Source: Cereibacter sphaeroides 2.4.1 (GTDB taxonomy: Bacteria > Pseudomonadota > Alphaproteobacteria > Rhodobacterales > Rhodobacteraceae). From it: a DNA stretch of 32,000 bases. Position 1 is the first letter of the stretch, and the number at the start of each line of letters is the position of its first letter. Shown piece by piece: positions 7,493 through 14,828 of the stretch. Under the pieces are notes generated by a model. That model ran no database searches and was not told where the DNA came from. It worked only from the letters and a program-made list of their open reading frames with translations. The stretch spans positions 840,001 to 872,000 of the forward strand of contig NC_007494.2 of NCBI RefSeq assembly GCF_000012905.2, read 5' to 3'. The translations under genes were made by a program, and so were the position numbers.

Positions 7493-8647
7493 TCAAGCAT
7501 TGCGGGGCGTTCCGGGGCGGTCGGGCGCGAACCTGCCGCGCAGCGTGGCGATCCGGCGGAGGAGAGGTTCATCCACGAGCCAGGTGAAGGCGATGGCCAG
7601 CGCCAGCGTGAGTGCCGCGAAGACCGAAGCCACCAGCGCCTCGGGCGCGCCGCGGAGCATGGCCCAGCACACGACCGTGTAGAGGATCGGGACATGGACG
7701 AGGTAGAGGCCGAACGAGATCCGGCCGAGGAAGAGCGGCAGCCGTGTGGCGAAGATCCGCGCCAGCGCAGGCAGCGTGAGGACCGCATAGAGCAGGAGCG
7801 CCGCGGCGAGGATCGGCACGAGACCGCGCGGCTCGCCCACCTCCCAGCCCTCCGGCACGTCCGGCAGATGCAGCCGGTCGTGCGCGCCCTCGCCGGGCGA
7901 CCCCAGCAGCACCGCCGCCACCAGCGCCGTGGCGGGCAGCGCCAGCCCCGGCAGCGGTCGCAGGTGACCCCGCCGATGGGCCTCGTAGAGGCCGGCGCCC
8001 AGAACGAAGCCCAGATAGGGATCGGGCAGCCAGATCAGCACGGCGAGGCTGGCCGCGCCGAGCGCGAGGAGCCGCACCCGGCCCTCCGTCAGGAAATAGA
8101 GGACGAAGATCCCGGCCGAGCCCAGAAGCTCGAACTTCATGGTCCAGAGGACATTGTTGAACCGCGAGAAGCCGCGGATGAAATTGCCCGCCATCCCGTC
8201 GGCCACGGCGAACCAGAGCGGCTTCAGCGGCTCCTGATAGGTCAGGGCCAGCCAGCGCGACGGCTGGACGAGCGTGCTCTGCAGCCGGGTCGCCGCATCC
8301 GGGAACAGCGAGAGCCAGCCCCAGGCCACGAGGCAGCTCACCGTCACCGGCAGCGCGAGGCGCAGATACCTCGTCACGAGGTTCGTCAGCAGCGCCGAGC
8401 GGCGCCGCTCGGCCGCGGCTGCCATGACGAAGCCCGACAGGACGAAGAAGACCGCGACGGCGAAGCGACCGTTCCACAGAAGATGCAGCGGCGTATCGGC
8501 AAAGCCGGTGAGCGTCTTGCCCATCGACGGCGTCAGATGCGGATGGAGCAGGCACAGATAGTGATAGAGCACCACGATGGCGGCGGCGATGCCGCGCAGC
8601 CCGTCGAAGGCCGCGATGCGCGGGGAAGGCGGAGGCGCCAGGGACAT
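7493..8647 (-). CDS. Acyltransferase family 3 (OafA/YrhL-like) integral membrane O-acyltransferase
   Basis: Track ORF 7493-8740 trimmed to the ATG at 8647 (MSLAPPPSPRIAAFDGLRGIAAAIVVLYHY...). This is the characteristic AT3 N-terminus with the F-D-G-L-R-G motif, followed by about 10 hydrophobic helices. Confidence 0.8.
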   Translation of the reverse strand: MSLAPPPSPRIAAFDGLRGIAAAIVVLYHYLCLLHPHLTPSMGKTLTGFADTPLHLLWNGRFAVAVFFVLSGFVMAAAAERRRSALLTNLVTRYLRLALPVTVSCLVAWGWLSLFPDAATRLQSTLVQPSRWLALTYQEPLKPLWFAVADGMAGNFIRGFSRFNNVLWTMKFELLGSAGIFVLYFLTEGRVRLLALGAASLAVLIWLPDPYLGFVLGAGLYEAHRRGHLRPLPGLALPATALVAAVLLGSPGEGAHDRLHLPDVPEGWEVGEPRGLVPILAAALLLYAVLTLPALARIFATRLPLFLGRISFGLYLVHVPILYTVVCWAMLRGAPEALVASVFAALTLALAIAFTWLVDEPLLRRIATLRGRFAPDRPGTPRNA

Positions 8648-8790
8648 GAGACCTCGGTTCCGTCTGAGCGTGAGAAGGGTCCCGCCGGGGACGGGGGCTT
8701 TGGCCGCGACCCTAGGCCCTTTTCGCCGGAGGCACCACATGCAGCCTGAAGTTGTGCGCGATCCCGCTCAGGGGCGGCGAAATCCGGCCT

Positions 8791-8809
8791 GCACCGGCAC
8801 GGCCGGTGC
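8791..8809 (-). terminator. Hairpin 15 nt downstream of the histidine kinase stop
   Basis: GCACCGGC-acg-GCCGGTGC: a perfect 8-bp stem with a weak T-tract on the minus strand. Confidence 0.3.
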
Positions 8810-8823
8810 GCAGAGGCGGGCCG

Positions 8824-9900
8824 TCAAACCTCCGGGACGGGATCGGCCTGAGGGCCGCGCGGCATCTCGGTGGGGAAGGTCAGCTCCGACAGGGTGCCGC
8901 CGCCCGGACGCGCGCGGATCGTGAGCGCGCCTCCGATCTGCTCGGCGAACTGCCGCGCGATCGACAGGCCGAGGCTCGTCGTCCCGGTCACCGAGAAGCC
9001 CCGGGGCAGGCCCGCCCCGTCATCCTCGATCACGAGCCGCGCGTGGCCCTCGGCGCTGGCGACCGACAGGCGGATCAGGATCGTCCCGGAGGCGCCGCCC
9101 GCAAAGCCGTGCTCGCAGGCATTCATCAGCAGTTCGCTCGTCACCAGCCCCAGCGGCATCGCCTGATCGGGCTCGGAACGGAAGGAGTCGATCTCATACC
9201 GGCAGGAGATGCGATCGCTTGCATCCATGGCCGCCACCGTATCGCCGGCGAGGCCGCGGATATAGTCGCCCATATCGACGAACTGCCGCGAGGGATCGTG
9301 CAGCCGCCGCTGCAGGCGCGCCACCACCTCGAGGCGGGCCCGCGAGTCCGCCACGGCGGCCCGCGCCTTCGGATCGCCGAGCCGTCTTTCCTGCAGGCGC
9401 AGGAGCGAGCCCAGGGTCGCGATATTGTTCGAGACCCGGTGCTGAAGCTCGTGAAACATGAGCGTGCGGGCATGGGCCAGCGCCGAGCTGCGGGCCTCGG
9501 CTTCGACCATGCGGTGCAGGGCCGCGGTCATCAGATGGACGAGCAGGATGTCGGTCGCCGCGATGAAGGCGAAGAAGAGCATCGCGAACAGCGCAGGCGT
9601 GGTCACCGAGAGCGTGCCGACCGGATGGATGAAGCAATACCAGGCGATGAAGCCCGTCGCGACCGCCACCGCCGATCCGGCCGCCGCCCCCGCGAAGAAG
9701 GCGGTCAGGATGATGGCCGGGAAGAAGGTGAGAAAGGGAAAGCCGGGCGGCAGCACCTCGTCGACCGCGAAGCGCAGGAGGGTCGAGACCGCGACGGCAG
9801 AGAGCACGAAGACGCTCTTGAACAGGGGCGAGCGGCCGGTCGCCCAGCGCAGGACGAACCGGCTCAGCCGGTCCGGCAGTTTCGCAGTGAGCAGTCCCAA
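8824..9900 (-). CDS. Sensor histidine kinase: DUF4118-like membrane domain + HisKA_2/HWE-type dimerisation domain + HATPase
   Basis: 358-aa ORF. The N-terminal hydrophobic block is FPFLTFFPAIILTAFFAGAAAG.... The H-box FHELQHRVSNNIATLGSLLRLQ is HisKA_2 type. The ATPase N and G boxes are ELLMNACEHGF and DDGAGLP...GLGLSIA. The start codon at 9900 is TTG, so the start is uncertain. Confidence 0.8.
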   Translation of the reverse strand: MGLLTAKLPDRLSRFVLRWATGRSPLFKSVFVLSAVAVSTLLRFAVDEVLPPGFPFLTFFPAIILTAFFAGAAAGSAVAVATGFIAWYCFIHPVGTLSVTTPALFAMLFFAFIAATDILLVHLMTAALHRMVEAEARSSALAHARTLMFHELQHRVSNNIATLGSLLRLQERRLGDPKARAAVADSRARLEVVARLQRRLHDPSRQFVDMGDYIRGLAGDTVAAMDASDRISCRYEIDSFRSEPDQAMPLGLVTSELLMNACEHGFAGGASGTILIRLSVASAEGHARLVIEDDGAGLPRGFSVTGTTSLGLSIARQFAEQIGGALTIRARPGGGTLSELTFPTEMPRGPQADPVPEV

Positions 9901-10183
9901 CCTTCAACCCTTCGCTGAACCCGGCGAAACTACAGCAAGCGGTGGCCAATGCAACCGGAGCCGACCCGACGTCCCCCCTCGGACCGGTCACGTTGGTGGC
10001 AAACCGCTCAGCCCTCGCGGGCCCGTGTCCCGGCGATGCGCTGCAGCGCCGTCCGGGCGAGCGGCAGGGGCGCGCCTGCGCCTGCCGCAGCCGCTCGAAG
10101 CGCTCGCGGGCCTCGCGATCCGGCGAGAGGCCGCGATCCGGCTGCATTGCCGCGCGCCGCTCTCGATGCGCGCGCCCCCCGCC

Positions 10184-11893
10184 TCAGGCGGGACCGCCGC
10201 GGCGGCGGCCGGACGGCGGGGCGGCCTGCAGGCAGGCCCGCGCCCAGCTCAGGTCGAGCTCGGCCACCAGCCGATCGACCCCGTCGAGGATCGCCCCGGG
10301 GTCGTCCGGGTCGAGCGTCGGCAGGATCCGCTCCCACAGCATCCGGGCCGGGCCGAACATCATGGCGGGCGCCACGGCCCGCGGCCGGGGCTCGGCGCTC
10401 GCCTGCGGCGCTGGCCTGCCCGGCCCCTGCAGGGGGGCGTCCGCCGCGATCTCGTGGTCCACAGCATCCGACGTCAGGGAGGGCTCCGACTGATCCGGCG
10501 TCCCGGCCTTCCTGGACAGAGCTCCGGCCTCCAACATTTGGGATGGGTCCGGCGTGCGGGCCCCTCCAGGCAGGGCACCGGCCACGCGAGCCTCGGCGGT
10601 CGCCTCGCCAGCGTCGGCCTCCGACGAGAGCGGAGTCGAAGGCTGGGGCGTCCCGATCGTCTCACGCAGAAGGGCAAGGAAGGCCCCATCGTCGGCCGCC
10701 TCAACCGGTTCCGGCGGCGCGGTTTGGGCGGCATCCGCCCCATCCTCATAGCGCGGCGCGGTCTCCGGCTCCGGGAGATCGAGGTCCGGGGACGGGTCCC
10801 CGACCGAGCGGTTCTCCTGCCCGGAGGCCAGCGCGGGCGAGGGCGAGATCGGGAGAAGCTCCTCTCCCCGGGCCGCTTCCTCATCGCCGGGGCCTCCCTC
10901 GGGCGCGCTCTCGACGTGTGTCGGCCCGTCCGCGCCCATCGGGAGGTGCGCCGCGCCCAAAGCTGCCGACTCCTCTCTTTCGTGCCCCTCTTCCGCATCA
11001 AGTGGAGAAGCGACGCCCGGATCGTCGGGAAGCCAATCCCCGCCGGAGACGGCGTGCCCGTCCGGCGGCGCGCCCTCGCGCGCGGACGCATCCGCCGGAT
11101 CGACGAGCAGGAGCGGTGCGGGCGCGGCCGAGCGTCCGCGGACGCGCCGCGGCACGATGCGCGTCCGGGCAGGATCGTCCGCAGGCTCCTGAACGGGGCG
11201 CCGCGGCAGGGCGGCCGCCGCTTCGCGCAGCGCAAGCCGCAGGGCGCCCACATCGGCCTCGGCCAAGAACGAGGCCATATGCACCGCCGCGAACAACCCC
11301 TCCACCTCGCGCAGGACGCGGCGCATGACCTTGCCCCTGTCCTCGTCCCGCACGAGCCTGTCGGCCTGCGACAGGACCAGAAGGCTCGGCGCCGTGAGCG
11401 CCGCGGGCAGCGCCGCCCAGGCGGATTTCTCGCTCTGCCGCCAGGCCTGCACCGCCGGAGAGCACCAGACCACCATGTCGGCCTCGGGCACCATCCGCTC
11501 CCAGCTGGCCGCGGGCATCCCGGGATCCGAGCCGCCGGGCGTGTCGATCAGGTCGAACGCGCGCAGGAGCGGGCTCGGATGGGCCAGGCGGCAGTGCGAG
11601 ATGCGCTCGAGATCGGTCCCGTCGAGATGGGCCAGCATCTCGGCCAGCGAAGCGAAGCGCTGCACCGTGCCGTCGAGGAACAGGCAGTCGGGTGCGCCCT
11701 CGCCGTGACGGATCCAGATCGGCGGCAGCGCCGTCGAGGTGACCGACGCGGGCAGCAGATCCTCGCCCAGAAGCGCGTTCACAAGGCTCGTCTTGCCCGA
11801 GCTGAACTCGCCCGCCACGAGGATGCGCGGTCGCGCCGCCTGAACGGCCGCCGTCTCTCCCACGACCTCGGACAGTTCCAGAGGCAGGTTCAT
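10184..11893 (-). CDS. Dynamin-family-like P-loop GTPase (~230-aa G domain) with a long acidic/Pro-rich disordered region and a short C-terminal helical module
   Basis: 569-aa ORF. G1 is GEFSSGKTSLVNALLG, G3 is LIDTPGG and the G4-like motif is LSQADRL. GGGGAG lies 4 nt upstream of the ATG at 11893, which overlaps the upstream gene's TGA (ATGA). Hand-checked codon periodicity in the low-complexity part (10741-10800) gives about 85/50/85 % G+C at positions 1, 2 and 3, which supports this frame. Confidence 0.8.
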   Translation of the reverse strand: MNLPLELSEVVGETAAVQAARPRILVAGEFSSGKTSLVNALLGEDLLPASVTSTALPPIWIRHGEGAPDCLFLDGTVQRFASLAEMLAHLDGTDLERISHCRLAHPSPLLRAFDLIDTPGGSDPGMPAASWERMVPEADMVVWCSPAVQAWRQSEKSAWAALPAALTAPSLLVLSQADRLVRDEDRGKVMRRVLREVEGLFAAVHMASFLAEADVGALRLALREAAAALPRRPVQEPADDPARTRIVPRRVRGRSAAPAPLLLVDPADASAREGAPPDGHAVSGGDWLPDDPGVASPLDAEEGHEREESAALGAAHLPMGADGPTHVESAPEGGPGDEEAARGEELLPISPSPALASGQENRSVGDPSPDLDLPEPETAPRYEDGADAAQTAPPEPVEAADDGAFLALLRETIGTPQPSTPLSSEADAGEATAEARVAGALPGGARTPDPSQMLEAGALSRKAGTPDQSEPSLTSDAVDHEIAADAPLQGPGRPAPQASAEPRPRAVAPAMMFGPARMLWERILPTLDPDDPGAILDGVDRLVAELDLSWARACLQAAPPSGRRRGGPA

Positions 11894-13869
11894 GCCGCTC
11901 CCCTTTGCGCCATCTCATCCGTCGCCGGACGCTCCATCGCGTCCAGCACCGCCGTCACGAACCCCGCCTGCCGCGTGCAGAAGGCACGGGCGGCCTCGGA
12001 CAGGGCATCGCAGAAGAGGGTAAATTCTTCCTTTGCGACCGCCTCGATCATGGGCCGAGTCTCGTCGGCGATCAGCGCGCGGTAGCGGCTCGCCAGCTCT
12101 TGGGGGGCGGCGCGGCGCTGGAAGAACCGCCGCCACCACGCGGTCTGCATGTCGAGCGCGATCGCCTGCGCGATCGGCCCCGGCGCCTGCGGCACCGGCC
12201 CCTGGGGCAGATGGAAGGCCACGCTGCCCTCGGGCACGGCAAGGTCGCCGCAGAGGATCCGCCCGTAGCCCTCGGCCGCCTCGGCGGTGCAGTCGGCCAG
12301 CGCGTCGCGCCCGGCCTTGGCCGCCGCGAGATAGGCCGAGCGGATCATCATCCGCAGCGCGGTCGGATCGCAGCGCCAGCCCTCGCCGTCGCCACAGGCC
12401 GCGATATGCGCGGCGAGGGCCGCGACCGCCCCCTCGACGAACTGCTCCTGCGCCCGGCCGAGCCGATCCGAGAGGGCCGCCGCAGCCTCGGCCAGCCGCG
12501 CCGCAAGACGGGTCTCGCAGAGCCTTGCCACCTCGGCCGCGCGCGCCTCGATGCCGGCGCGGTCCACCCGCCGCGCGGGCTGGCTGCGCGCCACCACATC
12601 GACCGTCTCCACCTCCGAGATGACATTGCCGGTCTCGGCCCGGATGTCGGCCAGCATCGCCTGTCCGGGCCCCTCGACCACGCGGCGCGCGATGGCCGCG
12701 CGCAGTTTCGGCACGCCGGAGGCCTCGAAGGCCATGCGGCAGAGGTCCCCCTCCTCGCGCAGCCCCTGCTCGGCCGCCCAGAGACGCAGCGCCGCGCGGC
12801 TGGCCGCCGGAAGCGTCTCGCAGCGGTCCTCGAGCGCGCGCACGGCCCAGAGCGCGCTGCCGAAGAGGATGGTAAGGCCCGCGCCCACCTCCGCCGCCGC
12901 AAGCGTGCGGCGCATCGCGGTCTCGATCTCGCGGCACTGCGCGGCCGGATCGGCCAGCTCGTCGATCCGGTTGACGAAGAGCAGAACCTCGCGCGCCTCG
13001 ACATTGCCGATGATGCGCAGAAGCGCCATGTCCATCGTCGTCAGCGCCTGATGCGCCGAGAGGACGATCACGCAGACAGGGCTTTCGCTGATGGCGTTGA
13101 GCGTGATCTGCTCGCGCATCAGGACCGTGTCGTTCACGCCGGGGGTATCGCGCAGGCACAGGTTCTGCGGATAGCCCGGCAGATCGAGATAGAGATCGGC
13201 CGTGCGGGTGAGGTCGGCATAGAAGCCCTGCCCGCCCGCAGAGGCCTCGGCCGGGTCGCCGTAGCAGATGTAGCGGTCGATGATCTCGGAACGGAGGTCG
13301 GGGAAGGCATGGCTGCTGCCGAGCAGCGTCTCGAAGGCGGAGCCGAGCCGGGCCTCCGTCGCCCGGCGCATCCGCATCACCTGCGCCCGCACCTCCTCGG
13401 CCTCGTCGGTGAAGCCGGCGCGCCGCGCCATCTCGCCGAGCCGCCCGCCGGTGAGGGCCAGCCGCTCCCACTCCAGCGCATCGAAGAAGCGGAACAGCGC
13501 GCGCGTCTTAAGCGGGCGGCGTGGCGAATTCAGGTGGACGTTGGTGATGACCGAGGTCCAGGGGTTCACATCCGCCGGAAGGAAGCCCGGCCGCCCGATC
13601 AGCGCGTTGAGCAGCGTGCTCTTGCCGGCCTTCACCTGACCGAGCAGGCTCACCGAAGGTTCGAACGCGTCGATCCGCTCGACGATCCGGTCGAGGTCGG
13701 TGCGCAGCGCGGGCGTGGCATCGCTCGCGAGCTCCAGCAGGGCCTCGCGGATGCGGCCGAGGCTCGCCCGGTAGCTCTCCAGCTCCTCGAACGCCGGCCG
13801 CCCGAGGGGAGAGACAGGCTCGGTCTTCTCGGCGAAATCGCGCACACTCCATCTCCGCAGCCGGGCCAT
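11890..13869 (-). CDS. Bacterial dynamin-like protein (large GTPase with helical stalk-like C-terminal half)
   Basis: Track ORF 11890-14856 trimmed to the ATG at 13869 (MARLRRWSVRDFAEK...). The G1 motif is GQVKAGKSTLLNALIG, followed by the dynamin-like PADVNPWTSVIT. G3 is LRDTPGVND and G4 is FVNRIDEL. This is followed by ~330 aa of Ala/Arg/Glu-rich helical sequence. An alternative GTG start at 13845 has better SD spacing. Confidence 0.85.
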   Translation of the reverse strand: MARLRRWSVRDFAEKTEPVSPLGRPAFEELESYRASLGRIREALLELASDATPALRTDLDRIVERIDAFEPSVSLLGQVKAGKSTLLNALIGRPGFLPADVNPWTSVITNVHLNSPRRPLKTRALFRFFDALEWERLALTGGRLGEMARRAGFTDEAEEVRAQVMRMRRATEARLGSAFETLLGSSHAFPDLRSEIIDRYICYGDPAEASAGGQGFYADLTRTADLYLDLPGYPQNLCLRDTPGVNDTVLMREQITLNAISESPVCVIVLSAHQALTTMDMALLRIIGNVEAREVLLFVNRIDELADPAAQCREIETAMRRTLAAAEVGAGLTILFGSALWAVRALEDRCETLPAASRAALRLWAAEQGLREEGDLCRMAFEASGVPKLRAAIARRVVEGPGQAMLADIRAETGNVISEVETVDVVARSQPARRVDRAGIEARAAEVARLCETRLAARLAEAAAALSDRLGRAQEQFVEGAVAALAAHIAACGDGEGWRCDPTALRMMIRSAYLAAAKAGRDALADCTAEAAEGYGRILCGDLAVPEGSVAFHLPQGPVPQAPGPIAQAIALDMQTAWWRRFFQRRAAPQELASRYRALIADETRPMIEAVAKEEFTLFCDALSEAARAFCTRQAGFVTAVLDAMERPATDEMAQRGAA

Positions 13870-13963
13870 CTCCGCAGTCGGGCGACCCGTCGGTCCACGC
13901 CCGAGGCGGGACCGGCCGTCTCGCCATCCGCATAGGACTTCAGTGATGGCGGGGGAATGTGAT

Positions 13964-14099
13964 CCAAATTGACCGCAACCCCGGCAATTTGGAGACGGAA
14001 CCGACGGCCCGGACGCGCAGGCAAGCCCTGCAACCGCATCAGGGGGCAGGGTTTCGCGCGAATGGCGAACCGGGCCGCCACATTGCCGCCACAATTTGG
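13964..14099. promoter_or_regulatory. AT-rich 8-mer repeats (CCAAATTG-N13-CAATTTGG palindrome plus a third CAATTTGG) upstream of the GTPase operon
   Basis: Copies at 13964-13971, 13985-13992 and 14092-14099, located 95-230 nt upstream of the ATG at 13869. They stand out against the GC-rich background. No regulator has been assigned. Confidence 0.3.
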
Positions 14100-14185
14100 C
14101 CCGCACGCCGCTCAAGGCCGGAGTGGCCGGACGGCACCGGCGGCTCGGCCGGGACGGGCGGTGGCGCTGCCTGCCGCGGCCCATG

Positions 14186-14212
14186 AAAAAACCGCGCCCG
14201 AGGGGGCGCGGT
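14186..14212 (-). terminator. Rho-independent terminator of azoR
   Basis: On the minus strand: ACCGCGCCC-cctc-GGGCGCGGT, a 9-bp GC stem followed by TTTTT, starting 25 nt after the azoR stop. Confidence 0.7.
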
Positions 14213-14237
14213 CTGCATCGTCGGTCTGTCGGTCGGA

Positions 14238-14828
14238 TCAGGCGGCGAGGGCTGCCACGGCGGCCTCGGCCCGGGCCATGGCCTCGTCGGCGCCGAAGAC
14301 CATGCGGTCGGCCGCCACGAAGTCCACATCGGTGATGCCCACGAAACCCAGCACCTGCCGCAGCCAGCCCGAGGCATGATCGAGCTCGGACCCCAGCGGC
14401 GTGCCGTCCGAGGTGAAGGCCACGATGGCACGCTTGCCGGTGAGCAGGCCGACGGGGCCGGTCTCGGTATAGACGAAGCTCTCGCCGCGGCGGGCGATAT
14501 GGTCGACCCAGCTCTTGAGCTGCGCGGGGGCGCCGAAGTTGTAGACCGGCAGCGCGATCACCAGAATATCGGCTTCCTTCACCTCGGCCATCACGGCGCC
14601 GGCGGTGCGGGCGATCTCCTGCTGATCGGCGGTGCGCTGCTCGGGCGCGGTGAAGACCGAGCCGAGCCACGGGCCGTCGATCTGACGGATGCCCTGGGCG
14701 AGGTCTCGCGAGACGACCGTCGCATCGGGATGCGCTTCCAGAAGCCGGTCGAGGATGCGCTGGGTGAGACGGCGCGAGACGGCAGCCTCGCCCTTGATGG
14801 AACTGTCGATGCGGAGGATGGTGGTCAT
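14238..14828 (-). CDS. azoR: FMN-dependent NADH-azoreductase
   Basis: Track ORF trimmed to the ATG at 14828, with GAGG upstream. MTTILRIDSSIKGEAAVSRRL...ADILVIALPVYNFGAPAQLKSWVDHI... is the canonical AzoR/flavodoxin-like-fold pattern. Length is 196 aa. Confidence 0.9.
   Translation of the reverse strand: MTTILRIDSSIKGEAAVSRRLTQRILDRLLEAHPDATVVSRDLAQGIRQIDGPWLGSVFTAPEQRTADQQEIARTAGAVMAEVKEADILVIALPVYNFGAPAQLKSWVDHIARRGESFVYTETGPVGLLTGKRAIVAFTSDGTPLGSELDHASGWLRQVLGFVGITDVDFVAADRMVFGADEAMARAEAAVAALAA

Noticed and set aside
9458-12085. Very long alternate-frame or antisense ORFs in the supplied track. Examples: 9458-12085 +, 1891-3510 -, 17714-20236 -, 19819-21654 -, 22305-24281 -, 25306-27822 -, 25875-28730 +, 28989-30353 + and 30380-31459 +.
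   Set aside because: Their translations are Arg/Pro/Gly/His-rich low-information sequence. They overlap genes that have clear family motifs. Where I checked codon-position G+C by hand, the periodicity favours the annotated frame. Stop-codon scarcity in very GC-rich DNA explains them.
13847-13876. 12-nt direct duplication CTGCGGAGATGG ... CTGCGGAGATGG (minus strand) spanning the first GTPase start codon.
   Set aside because: It is real in the sequence. However, the second ATG is out of frame and opens only a junk ORF (13508-13933 track frame). It most likely matters only for choosing between the ATG at 13869 and the GTG at 13845 as the start.
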